DNA of 64,000 nt from an uncultured Chloroflexia bacterium (GTDB lineage: Bacteria; Chloroflexota; Anaerolineae; B4-G1; SLSP01). A program made the position numbers and the translations under genes. The stretch covers positions 320,001-384,000 of the forward strand of contig CAVVUS010000011.1 of the NCBI GenBank assembly GCA_963751345.1, read 5' to 3'. Each line of letters opens with the position of its first letter. Within the stretch, counting starts at the first letter, position 1. A model generated the notes under the pieces. The model was not told where the DNA came from and searched no databases. It saw nothing but the letters and a program-made list of their open reading frames with translations. This document shows positions 33,302 through 43,516 of the stretch, piece by piece.

Positions 33302-34310
33302 GATGTCTTTCCCAAGGTAAGGGTCGAACATCCCTCTTTGGAATGCCAGGTCCAGGTATGAAGTGACCTTGCGGAAGGTATCTGCATTGCGCACCGCGTG
33401 GTCTCCCGTCTGGTAAGCTACCCACGCCATCGCCGACCAGGAGATGCCCCTGCAGGTAGTTGAAGGGGTCCCGCAGCCGGATCCGCTCGACGATGGTATC
33501 GCGAAGATGCGGGTCGGTGATGGCGTCCCGGTAGACGTCGATGAACCGTGCCTTCTCCGCGTCCGGCATTCGGTACTCGCTCTTCCATAGGGTCGTCATA
33601 GGGGCACAGAAATGCGACAGGTCCTGGGAGGGATCCCCATAGAGGGGCTTCTCCCAATCGACCAGGTAGAGCCTGCCTTCCTCACGGTTCGCGATGAAGT
33701 TCCCCGAGTTGACCTCGGTATTGATGATAGCGGGCCAGCGGTCCTCGACGAAATACGCCTCCCTATGGCGCGCTTCCGCGGCCCAGGCGAGGACGTCGGT
33801 CAGGTAATCCCGCAGGTCGGGATCCGCAAGGTCCGATTCCAGATAGACGGGCAGCAGGCGGCTGCATTCCTCATAGGTCATGGTGAGAGGTCGCGTCTCC
33901 ACAATCAGCGAATGGTCTTCGGGGACGTCGACGGAGTGGATTCGGGCGAAGAGATGTGCGACGTCATCGAGGTCCCGCTCGTAGTCGAGGCTCTCTCCCG
34001 GCAGGTATGACATGGCCAATGCGCCGTAAGCAAGCACCTCACGACTGTCGTCCACGTCATAGGGCAGGGGCGTCACCCCGGTGCCCTTGAGCAAGCAGAG
34101 GGCCTTGTATTCGTAGGCGATCTGGTCGTCTCTCTGAATCTGCGACCCGATATTCACCCGCAGGACCCATCGCCTGTCGCTCTGATGTACCAGGTAGTTA
34201 AGATTGTACTCACCTTGGGCCAAGGGTGTGACGACGAAGGGCGAGGCAGGATCCCAGTGGGGGACCCCTGGCAGAGCGCCCTGGCGCAGGTAGGCCTGCA
34301 CGTCGGGCAT
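33298..34310 (-). CDS. Aminoglycoside-phosphotransferase/choline-kinase-like protein (frameshift ~33450)
   Basis: LAQGEYNLNY, VLRVN, NTEVNSGNF, LVDWEKP, DLSHF. Confidence 0.8.
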
Positions 34311-34342
34311 CAGCGCAAGCTAAGTCCATACGCATCGCTCCT

Positions 34343-36119
34343 CTACGGTGTGAGTGGCCAGATGATGGGCACCAGCAGGATGCTGACGATGTAGACGATG
34401 GCGGTGAGGAGCAGGCCGACCTTGGTGAAGTCGAAGAACTTGTAGTGACCCGGGCCATAGACGATCAGACAGGCAGGCTCCAGGGGGGTGATGAAGGAGC
34501 AGCTCGCGCTGAGGGCGATCATGACGGCAAAGGTACGCGGGTTCAGGCCAAGACGAAGCGCGCTCTGCACGGCAATGGGGAGCACCAATACGGCGGCCGC
34601 CTGGTTCGACATCGGTTGGGTCAGCAGCATCGTGATGGCGAAGAAGAGCGTCAGCAGGACGATCGGATGGGTGACCCCCAGGAGGCTGACCACCTGCGTG
34701 GCGAGGAACTGGGCGGTCCCCGTGTACTCCATCGCGGTGCCCAGAGCCAACATGCATCCGATCACGATCAGCACCTGCCACGCGACTTCGTGATAGGCCT
34801 CATCGGGGGTGATGCACCGGGTCAGAAAGACGGCTAGCGTGCCGAGCGTGACCGCGATGGGCAGGCTCACGATCCTAAGTGAGGCCAACAGCAGCACCCC
34901 GAGAAAGATGGCGATTGAGATCGGGGCCCGCTGGTGGTTGGGGCGCGTTCGCTGGACCATGCCGATCGTGTAAAAGTGTTCGGGATCGAGTGTTGCGATG
35001 TTGGTGCGGGGCCCCTGTACCAGCAGTTCGTCGCCGGCGCGCAGCCGTATCTGGCTCAGCTTGCTGAACACATCTCTGCCGCGACGGTTCATCCCCAGCA
35101 CCTGGAGGCCGAACCGCTGGCGGAACTGGAGCGTCTTGAGCGTACGCCCGGCTAGAGATGAACCGGGTAACAGGACGATCTCAGCGAGTTGCAGCTCTTC
35201 GCCCTGCAGTCGTGGATCCGACAGCTTTACTTCGGCTTTGAAGGCGAGCCCGGCCATGTCCTTGATGTCAAGGACTCTGCCGCGCTCGCCTTTGACCAGG
35301 AGTTCATCGCCTGCCTTGAACTCGAGCTGTGGCCTGGGCACCAGATACCGGTTCTCATTCCGGATGACCCTGACGACCGTCAGGTCGAGGTCACGTCCCA
35401 GCGAGGACTCGCTCAACGTCTTGCCGATGAGCGGCGAACCCGGCAGGACGATCACTTCGGCAAGATAGGGGCGGATGTCGAAGACCGTCGTGTCGACTTC
35501 GCTGTCCCGGATGGGAATCAAACGATTGCCGATCAAGTGCATGTAGAGGAGTCCGGCGGCGGCGATCGGCAGCCCTACGCCGGCAAGCTCGAACATGCCC
35601 AGAGGGGCCAGACCGTAGTCCACCATCAGGCCGCTGATCAGGACGTTCGTGGAGGACGCGACGAGCGTGATGGAGCTGGCCAGGATGGTTGAGAATGCCA
35701 TCGGCATGAGCAGTTGGGCGCGCGGTGTCTTGGTGCGGCGGCTCAAGTCGAGGACCACGGGGAGGAAGAGGGCCGCCGTGGCCGTGTTGCTGACAAAGCT
35801 GCTCAGCGCCGTCACGATGACCATGACCGCCGGCAGGAGGCGGCTCGGCTTGTTGCCCACGAGCCTCAGGATCCGCCGGCCCACCTGATCTATGACACCG
35901 GTGCGCGTCACGGCTGCGGTAAGTACGAGGAGCCCGAAGATCATAACGGCTGTATCGCTGCCGAAGCCTGCGAAAGTGGCGTTCGGCGGGTATCAGGCCC
36001 GTCAGGCTGAGTGAGAGCAGGATTCCTATCGCAATGATGTCGGCGCGAAACTGGTCGAGCGAGAACGCCACTACGGCGGCGAGGATGATGATGAGGAGCA
36101 GCCCGATCTGGAAGGTCAT
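34343..36119 (-). CDS. SLC13/CitMHS-type permease with two TrkA-C domains (frameshift ~35975)
   Basis: SSFVSNTATA, SSTNVL, two GSPLIGKTL/GSSLAGRTL RCK_C repeats, MSNQAAA, GPGHYKFFDF. Confidence 0.9.
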
Positions 36120-36121
36120 GG

Positions 36122-36845
36122 CTAGAGCCACCTCCCGAAGAGCGCGGCCAGGATTGGGACAAGCACGGCCGTGAGAATGCCGTTGAGCCCCATCCCCAGT
36201 CCTGAGAACGCCCCGGCTTCCTCATCCATCTGGAAGGCCCGCGCGGTACCGATGCCATGCGAGGCCAGTCCGATGGCGAAGCCCCGGATACTGTGGTCGT
36301 CGAATGTGCAGCAGGTCGAGAATGTACTTGCTGGTGACGGCGCCGATGATCCCCGTGAGGATGACCAGGACAGCCGTCAGCGGGGGCAATCCCCCCAGCT
36401 TTTCGGAAACGCCCATCGCGATGGCCGTCGTCACCGACTTCGGTGCAAGCGAGAGCAGCGTCGGCGTCGAGGCACCGAGCAGCTTTCCAAGGCCGACGGC
36501 GGAGAAGATCGCGGTGAGCGATCCCACGAGCAGCGCGACACCGATCGGACCGAGGAGATGCTGCAGTTTGCTGACCCGGTGATAGAGCGGCACCGCCAGC
36601 GCAACGGTTGCGGGGCCTAGCAGGAAGTGGATGAACTTTGCTCCCTCGAAGTAGGTGTCGTAGGACGTGCCGGTTGCCAGCAGCAGTGCCGAGACCGCGG
36701 CGATGGAGGTGAGCACAGGGTTCAGCCAGGCGTGCCCCGTACGATCGGCGAGCCACTGGGCGCCCTGGTAGATCACCAGCGTCGCCGTGAGCCACAATAG
36801 GGGGCTCTGTGCGAAGGTAGCCCAGAGATCGAGGAGCCTACTCAA
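36122..36845 (-). CDS. LrgB/CidB family protein (frameshift ~36290)
   Basis: LNPVL, LLGPATVALAVPLY, LAPKSVTTAIA, HGIGTA. Confidence 0.9.
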
Positions 36846-36874
36846 CGCGGCCTTCCCCCTCTCGCCCTCCCTCG

Positions 36875-37249
36875 TCAGGGGAGGGAGAGTTCCGGAGGGC
36901 CACGTCGCCCCACCAGGTAACGCATGGTCAGCGCCGTAACCGCGATTGTGATGATCGTGCTGCCGGCGAGCGACACGGCGATGGGTAGCCACTCCCTCCG
37001 GATCAGCGCGAGGTAGGCGATGATCCCGGACCCTGCCGGGATGAAGAACAATGAGAGGTGCTTCAGGAGCCCCTCGCTGGCGGCGTCCACTGTCTTGGGC
37101 GCCTGGCCCCGGGCCAGCAGCGCGAGGAAGAGCAGGAGCATGCCGATGACGGGCCCCGGCACGGGCAGCGCGAAGGCGGATGAGATGGCCTCACCCGCAA
37201 GTTGGAAGAGCAACAGGACCGCCAATCCTCCAATCATTCTTGTGACCAC
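36875..37249 (-). CDS. CidA/LrgA family holin-like protein
   Basis: FQLAGE, PVPGPVIGMLLLF, HLSLFFIPAG. Confidence 0.92.
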   Translation of the reverse strand: MVTRMIGGLAVLLLFQLAGEAISSAFALPVPGPVIGMLLLFLALLARGQAPKTVDAASEGLLKHLSLFFIPAGSGIIAYLALIRREWLPIAVSLAGSTIITIAVTALTMRYLVGRRGPPELSLP

Positions 37250-37537
37250 CCTCCAGGCCGTGCGGCGCGCGGCGGCTTCGGGCTCTGTTCCGCACCCCTT
37301 GGCACCGCTGCGGCTGTCGCTGGCCCCCCAGCATTTTCATTCACTCCGTCATCCACACGATGCCGAACGCAGCGAATCGGGTGCCCCCATCGACATCCTT
37401 GATCGTGACCGGCAGCCGGTTTCGCCGAAAGACAGATCCTCTTGCGTTCGGTATTGTCGCCCCTCGTCAAAGCATCGCCAGGATACTCGGAAAGAAGTGA
37501 TACGCAAGGACGGAAGGTCTCAGGCGGTCGAACACAA

Positions 37538-39400
37538 TTACCGGAGCGACTTTGCGACGCGCACCGATGTTTCCGCCGCCGGCGTCTCAGACGTTGGGCT
37601 CGCACCCGCCAGCTCCCCATGCCAGAGACGCTGCATCTCCTCGCAGGTCTCCAGTAGATCGTCGAGGGTGCCCTCGGCCTCGACGCGACCGTCCTTGAGC
37701 ACGATGATGTGATCGGCGCGGCGCAGTGCCACGCGGCGATGAGAGACAGCCAGACAGGTCACGTCGGGCCGTTCGAAGACGCGCTCCCAGAGGATTCGCT
37801 CGGTCTCGACATCCAGGGCACTCGACAGATCGTCGAATACCAGCAGCTCGGGATCGCGGACGAACATTCGCGCCGCCGCCGTTCTCTGGATTTGGCCTCC
37901 CGACAGTTTGACGCCCTTGGGGCCAACCTTGGTCTCGAGCCCCTCGTCGAACTCGCCGACGTCGTACTCCATCACTGCCATCCGAATCGCCGTCCAGATG
38001 TCTTCTTCCCTCTTATCCATACCCATCAGGATGTTGTCACGTAATGAGTCGCTGAAGAGCCGCGGAACCTGTGCTGTGTAGGCGCAACGTGGCGGCGTGA
38101 ACCAGTTCCCGGCATCCTCGACCGGGACACCGTTCCAGCGGATCTCACCGCTGTCGCGGGGCAGCAGGCCCAGCAACACGCGAAGCAGCGTGGTCTTGCC
38201 GGCGCCGATGCGGCCCGTGACGACGGTAAGCTTCCCGGGTTGCAGCGTCAGACTGATGTCCTCGATCCCATGATCGCTTCCCGGATACCGGTAGCTTAGC
38301 GCTTGGACCTCCAGCGACCGAAGGCGATCTGCACCGGACCTCTCCGGGTAGGCGATGGCGGGGAAATTCCCGTCCATATAGACAGGGCCAAATTCGGTGA
38401 GTGCCTCGGGTGGGGCGCCCTCCATCAGGCGGCTCATCCGTTCGACGGAGACGCCGATCTGCTTGTAGCGGGCCACGAGCAGCCCGGAGAAGGTCGTCAA
38501 CTCGCTGATGCCGCTGAGCATAAAGACAAAGAGCGAGAAGTCGCCGACGGTGAATGTGCCATCCGTCATGGCGCGCCCGGCCAGGATCAGGATCACGCCT
38601 GTCCCGAGGTCGACGGCATTGCGGAACAGCGAGCTCAGCAGCGTCTGGAAGAGCCGGTCCTTGATCGCAACCTTCCGCCGTTCGTCATTGATCTTGTCGA
38701 AGTGCTTGAGAACGCTGTCCTCGGCCGTGGCGACTTTGACGGCCTGCACGGCGCCGAAGAACTCGCCGATGAACCCCGTGACGATCCCGGATGCCTTGCG
38801 GCTTGCCCGGCGATATTGCTCGATGCGCTTGGTGGCGCTGTTGGCGATCACGCCCACGACGACCAGCGGCAGGATCGCGACCGAAGCGATCCTTGCGTTG
38901 ATGGTGAACAGCGTGATGAGCCCCACGACGCCAAACGCGACCATGCCGAGCGTGTCGTTGATCCATAGCGCAAAGAGCGATATTTCGAAGACGTCGCCGC
39001 GGAAGCGGCTGATCGCCTCGCCGGGCGAATCCGGGAGAGCAGATGCGCCCGGACGCCGCAGGATGTGCCTCAGCAGGTTCTTGCGCAGCAAGGTCATGGT
39101 GTGGACGAAGAAGGGCACGTTGGTGCTGACGAGCCCGTAGATACCGAGGATGCTGCCCGCCTGGCAGGCGAAGAGAAAGGCGACCAGAGCCCACACGTCC
39201 CAGTGAACGGCAGCCTGGTTCGACAGCAGGTCGAAAAACGCTTTCATAATGTAGCCGGGGATCTGCCAGAAAGCGGTGAGCACGAGCATCGCTCCGAGGT
39301 TGGCCAACCAGAGCTTCCACCGGAAGCGGACCATATCGAGGATGACGCGCCAGGGAGGCAGCGCATTCACCTCTTCTTTCATCTCCAACGCACCGGTCAT
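37538..39400 (-). CDS. ABC exporter, fused permease/ATPase (subunit 2)
   Basis: TM domain, [16 protein letters not shown], degenerate Walker B VFDD. Confidence 0.92.
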   Translation of the reverse strand: MTGALEMKEEVNALPPWRVILDMVRFRWKLWLANLGAMLVLTAFWQIPGYIMKAFFDLLSNQAAVHWDVWALVAFLFACQAGSILGIYGLVSTNVPFFVHTMTLLRKNLLRHILRRPGASALPDSPGEAISRFRGDVFEISLFALWINDTLGMVAFGVVGLITLFTINARIASVAILPLVVVGVIANSATKRIEQYRRASRKASGIVTGFIGEFFGAVQAVKVATAEDSVLKHFDKINDERRKVAIKDRLFQTLLSSLFRNAVDLGTGVILILAGRAMTDGTFTVGDFSLFVFMLSGISELTTFSGLLVARYKQIGVSVERMSRLMEGAPPEALTEFGPVYMDGNFPAIAYPERSGADRLRSLEVQALSYRYPGSDHGIEDISLTLQPGKLTVVTGRIGAGKTTLLRVLLGLLPRDSGEIRWNGVPVEDAGNWFTPPRCAYTAQVPRLFSDSLRDNILMGMDKREEDIWTAIRMAVMEYDVGEFDEGLETKVGPKGVKLSGGQIQRTAAARMFVRDPELLVFDDLSSALDVETERILWERVFERPDVTCLAVSHRRVALRRADHIIVLKDGRVEAEGTLDDLLETCEEMQRLWHGELAGASPTSETPAAETSVRVAKSLR

Positions 39401-39416
39401 CGAATACCTCCACAAC

Positions 39417-41169
39417 TCACGCCAGCATCTCCTCGAGCCCTGTCTGCAACAGACCCGCGAAGCGCGAGCCGGGGTCGGACGCCAGGGCTACCCGGTTGCC
39501 GTATTCCATGATCTGACCGTCCTGGAGAATCATGATGTCATCGGCCCGGTGGACTGTGCCCAGGCGATGGGCAATGACGACGGCTGAGCGGTCCTGCAGC
39601 AGTTTGTCCACCGCGCGCTCGATAAGCTGCTCGGTCGCGGGATCCAGTCTGGAGGACGCTTCGTCCAGGATGACAAGCCCGGGGTCGCGCAGGAAAACAC
39701 GGGTGAAGGCGAGCAGTTGGGCTTCGCCGGCAGAAAGACCCCGGCCTCCCGTTTCCAATCGTGTGTCGAGGCCCTCAGGAAGCGACCCGTACCAGTCCGA
39801 GAGATCCAGTGCCTCGATGACCTCCCGGAGCTGCTCGTCGGAGATCGTGTCGTCGAAGAAGGTCAGGTTCTCGCGGACGGTCGCCTGGAAGAGCTGCACA
39901 TCCTGAGTGACCAGCGCCACGCGTGTACGGAGGTGTCGCAGGTGGGGCTCCCGGATGTCGACGCCGCCCAGGCGGATCGCTCCGACCTTCGGGTCGAAAA
40001 GCCGGAAGACGAGCCGGGCCAGTGTGGTCTTCCCGCTGCCCGTCCTGCCCAGGAGGCCCAGCACCTGGCCCGGCGCGAGTTCGATATCGACATCCTTCAG
40101 CACCGGTTCCTCCTCGATGTAGGAGAAGGAGACGTGATCAAACTGCAGGGCCAACGGCCCCGACGAAATCTGAGCGCCGGGCCCGTCCTGCAGCTTGCTG
40201 CGCACCCTGCTGAGGTCCGACAGACGCTCCGTGGCGGCGCCGGCATTCTGCAGGTTCTCGGCCTGTTGGGTCAGCTCTCGAATGGGCCGGCCCAGCAAGT
40301 TCACGTAGTACACGATCAGGTACGACCGTACCGATGGTGATGAGGTTGGCCCGGAACAGATAGAAGCCGCCAATGATGGCCATGGCGTTGCCGGTCGTCA
40401 TCAGAACTCCCCCAACCGTGCGGACGATCATGAACTTCCGCTCTCGCTTTCGCCAATGGGTAAGTCCCAGATACTGAAGCTTGTAGAGCCCGCGCAGGAC
40501 GAAATCGACGGCACCGGACGACCGTATGTCCTCGGTGCCGGCAAGACGTTCCTCGAGATACCCGAACAGATCGGCTGTGGCCTGGCGAAACGCCTTCTGA
40601 TGCGGAACGGCGAGCCCGCGCACGGCGTTGAGCGCCAGGAGCGCCACGATGGCAAAGACAAGGATCGCGCTTCCCAGACGCCAGTCCTCCAGAAAGAGCG
40701 CCACGACGATGCCCGCGAGCAGGAACAGATTGCCGATCACCCGTATGACAAGCTGCGAGAAGAAGTTCGACAGCTCGGCGACGTCCCCGTCGATGCGCTC
40801 GATGAGCTCGCCGGGACTGGTCTCACCGTGGAAACTCATGTCCAGGTTGATGCAGTGGCGGGCAAGCTCTGCGCGGAGGGCGTTCGTCGCCGTCCACGCC
40901 ACGTTCTCGCCAAAATAGGAGGCTCCGACGGTGACGAACTGCTGAAGGATCGCCAGCCCGATGTACGTGATCGCGGTTGCGATGAGGATCTTGCCGTTGG
41001 CTGAGGACTGCGTCGCATCGATGAAGCGCCGCATGATCTGGGGATTGAAGATCTGCAGTCCGATGCTGCTCAGCAGCAGGACCGTGAGGATCGCAAACCG
41101 ACCCCTCTGCGGTCTTATGTGCTTGGCGAGTAGGTCCCAGTAATGTCTTAGGGGGATGTTCACCTGCAT
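39417..41169 (-). CDS. ABC exporter, fused permease/ATPase (subunit 1; frameshift ~40330)
   Basis: TM domain in ORF 40138..41169. [21 protein letters not shown] and IAHRL in ORF 39417..40373. Confidence 0.9.
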
Positions 41170-41180
41170 ACCTCGTTGAT

Positions 41181-41194
41181 TGAACGTATGTTCG
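41181..41194. promoter_or_regulatory. Candidate LexA (GAAC-N4-GTTC) operator
   Basis: TGAACGTATGTTCG, lying between the promoter and the ABC start codon. Confidence 0.6.
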
Positions 41195-41205
41195 AGCGCC
41201 TGCCT

Positions 41206-41233
41206 ACTGTAAGGCTTTTGCCCTGTCTGTCAA
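41206..41233 (-). promoter_or_regulatory. sigma70-type promoter of the ABC exporter pair
   Basis: Minus strand TTGACA-16 nt-TACAGT. Confidence 0.55.
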
Positions 41234-41308
41234 CTGCATCTACTGCATCCGGTGGTGAGAACAGAGGTGTTAAAACATACAATTGGCTACTAAATTTCGA
41301 ATTGCCTA

Positions 41309-41336
41309 TTGACAACTTCCACAGGCTTGGTATAAT
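41309..41336 (+). promoter_or_regulatory. Consensus sigma70 promoter with extended -10, driving a non-coding transcript
   Basis: TTGACA (41309-14), 16 nt, TATAAT (41331-36), TG at 41328-29, AT-rich upstream sequence. Confidence 0.85.
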
Positions 41337-41342
41337 GTAAAT

Positions 41343-41730
41343 ACTCTAAGGAAGGAAGTCCGGGAAGCCGGACGGAGAGCCAAGGAGTAAGGGAGTCCCG
41401 AGTAATTGGATGACACCCTATCAGAACCTTGACCGGTGCAGTGGATGGGCAGAGTCCCGTGGAAACTGTGAAACAGTTTTGGGACTGTCAGGAAGTGTCA
41501 GAGTCAAGGTTATCTCAAAGCGATGAAGCTTCAATGATTAGCAGAGATGTCATCATCCCTGACAGGATGACAGACAAAGCGAAGTCAGCGAAGTGGAGCG
41601 GAGAGAAGTCAAGTAGGTATGCCGGATTCTATCAGGGCGAGTAGAAACTAACGAGCCAGGATAGGAAGCGAAGGCAAACCGAAAGAGCGATAGGGAACAC
41701 AAAAGGTTACTTGGGACCCCTTCTTTTTTG
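41343..41730 (+). ncRNA. Putative large structured non-coding RNA of unrecognised family
   Basis: Own promoter and terminator, no credible ORF, purine-rich, multiple nested helices found by eye (see findings). Confidence 0.75.
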
Positions 41731-41737
41731 CGTACAG

Positions 41738-41775
41738 AGGCGCACAACGGCATCGTCCGCTTGTGCGCCTTTTTG
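41738..41775 (+). terminator. Intrinsic terminator downstream of the putative ncRNA
   Basis: AGGCGCACAA...TTGTGCGCCT followed by TTTT. Confidence 0.75.
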
Positions 41776-41790
41776 CGTCCGGCGGTACGC

Positions 41791-42393
41791 TCACGCCTCG
41801 ACGTCGTTCTGGAAGACCTCGGGCTTGAGCAGCCCGATGAAGGGCAGGTTGCGGTACCGTTCCCGGAAGTCGAGCCCGTAGCCGACGACGAGACGATCGG
41901 GCAGGTCGAACCCTTTATAGGCGATGGGGATATCGATCAAGCGCCTGCGGGACTTGTCCAGCAACACGCAGACGTTCAGGCTTGCAGGGTCGCGTGCGCG
42001 CAGGTTGCGCAGCAGGTAGTTGAGCGTCAGGCCCGTGTCGATGATATCCTCCACGAAGAGCACGTGACGCCCCGTGATCGATAGGCTGAGGTCTTTCTCG
42101 AGGCGCACCATGCCCTGGTTGCGAGCCTCTGAACTGTAGCTGGCGACCGCCATGAAATCGATCTCTACCGGAATCGTGATCGCCCGCAGCAGGTCTGCGA
42201 TGAAAGGCACCACCCCCTTCAGCACGCCGACCAGAATCGGGTCCCTCCCCGCATAGTCCCTCGAGATGGCGTCTCCGATCTCGCGCACGCGCTGCTGAAG
42301 CTTGTCCGCCGGAATGAGGACCTCGCGGATCCCGTCGGTGAGAACTCCGTAGGCTTCGGGAGGATACCAACCGCCGGTTGTCGGGTCGCTCAT
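41791..42393 (-). CDS. hpt: Hypoxanthine phosphoribosyltransferase
   Basis: VGVLKG, DFMAVASY, VLFVEDIIDTGLTL, VVGYGLD...YRNLP. Confidence 0.95.
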   Translation of the reverse strand: MSDPTTGGWYPPEAYGVLTDGIREVLIPADKLQQRVREIGDAISRDYAGRDPILVGVLKGVVPFIADLLRAITIPVEIDFMAVASYSSEARNQGMVRLEKDLSLSITGRHVLFVEDIIDTGLTLNYLLRNLRARDPASLNVCVLLDKSRRRLIDIPIAYKGFDLPDRLVVGYGLDFRERYRNLPFIGLLKPEVFQNDVEA

Positions 42394-42755
42394 TGGGCCT
42401 CTCCCCCCAGGATCTCCCTGGCTTGCTCGTCAATCCCGTACTTGATCATCATGTCCCGGACATTGCGTCGCTTGAACAGCTTGATGTTGATGTCCGGGTA
42501 GAGCTCTCGCAGGCGCTCGATCTTGTGGTTCTTGATCCTGATAAGCTTCGGACGCAGGGTCGTCAACTCGACATAGAGATCCTGCTGCGGAAGGTAGAAG
42601 TCGGGTGAGAAGGCCTCCAGTACGTTGCCGTGCTCGTCCTTCTCCAGGACGAAGGTGCGTGGCTCGTACTTCCACTCAATCCCATAGTAATCCAAAATCC
42701 TGGCGAATTCCTTCTCCGATGGATGTGCGAAGGTGGGGGTGGGGGCGTCGTTCAA
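42390..42755 (-). CDS. Conserved hypothetical protein, PD-(D/E)xK-like fold suspected
   Basis: SEKEFARILD, WKYEP..F, FSPDFYLP..LYVELTT. ATGA-coupled to hpt. Confidence 0.75.
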   Translation of the reverse strand: MNDAPTPTFAHPSEKEFARILDYYGIEWKYEPRTFVLEKDEHGNVLEAFSPDFYLPQQDLYVELTTLRPKLIRIKNHKIERLRELYPDINIKLFKRRNVRDMMIKYGIDEQAREILGGEAQ

Positions 42756-42768
42756 GAGGGTTCCTTTC

Positions 42769-43338
42769 CTAGCTATGGGCCTCGAGTTGAGCCAGCGTTT
42801 GGATAATCAGGTCGGCTGCCATCGCGACCGTCAGGCGACGTGTGTTGATCACGAGGTCATAGAGCTCCGGGTCGTCCCAGTCGATCTTGTAGGCCTGGCG
42901 CACGTAGTTATACCTGGTGCGGTCACTGTTCTGCACCTGCGCTCTGGCCGCCGCGGCGGAGACGTGTTGGAGGGCAGCGGTCCGCTCGATGCGAAGCTCC
43001 ACGGGGGCGATGATTCTTGTGTGTAGGACGTGAGGCTGATCGCGCAGGACGACCTGGCCTGCGCGTCCCACGATGACGACGTCACCCGCGCTTGCCAGCT
43101 CGGCCAAGACCTGCCGGACACTCTGGTGATACGCCCGACGCTGTTGCAGGGTGGGCCGCACCTCAAGGAGCCCGAGGTCATCGAGGGCATCCAGCGCCAT
43201 CTCAGGCGCGCCTGACCGGGCAGCGGCCTCGTTGATCACCTCACGCCACACCATCCGATAACCGAGTGCTTCGGCTACCTGGCGGGCGATGGCGGTGCCC
43301 AGACTACCCATTTCGCGTGAGAGGGTGACAACCGGCAT
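42769..43338 (-). CDS. Cytidylate kinase-like family protein
   Basis: VTLSREMGSLG, VVIVGRAG, YDLVINT. Confidence 0.9.
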   Translation of the reverse strand: MPVVTLSREMGSLGTAIARQVAEALGYRMVWREVINEAAARSGAPEMALDALDDLGLLEVRPTLQQRRAYHQSVRQVLAELASAGDVVIVGRAGQVVLRDQPHVLHTRIIAPVELRIERTAALQHVSAAAARAQVQNSDRTRYNYVRQAYKIDWDDPELYDLVINTRRLTVAMAADLIIQTLAQLEAHS

Positions 43339-43516
43339 ACCTACACTCCGCGTCTGTCCACCTGCAGTCTGCTAGTGCTCAATGCTCTTCCCATTATAGC
43401 ACTTCTCACGCTGGAAGTTTGCGGCGGCTCAAGTAAAATCACGATGCATAGCGTCGGCGTTGTTGGTGGTCACACCTACGCCGACACTCGTGCTCACTGG
43501 GTAGTGGAGGATCGCT

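Noticed and set aside
32656-34310. Natural kinase-TIGR04282 fusion (ORF 33008..33430 joins them in frame)
   Set aside because: Removing one A from GGGAAAGACATCGTGA gives a normal stop overlapping the GTG start (GTGA). Given the indel rate, an artefact is more likely. Reads are needed to settle it.
41429-41644. 71-aa ORF inside the ncRNA region
   Set aside because: TTG start without an RBS, codon usage unlike the GC3-rich genes, and it lies within extensive helices.
41343-41730. RNase P RNA, tmRNA, SRP or 6S identity for the structured RNA
   Set aside because: GAAGGAAGTCCGGG only loosely resembles GAGGAAAGTCC, and the 3' P4 strand (ACAGAA.CCGGCTTA) is absent. There are no tRNA-like ends or CCA, no SRP domain IV CAGG...GGAAGCAGC, and it is too long and branched for 6S.
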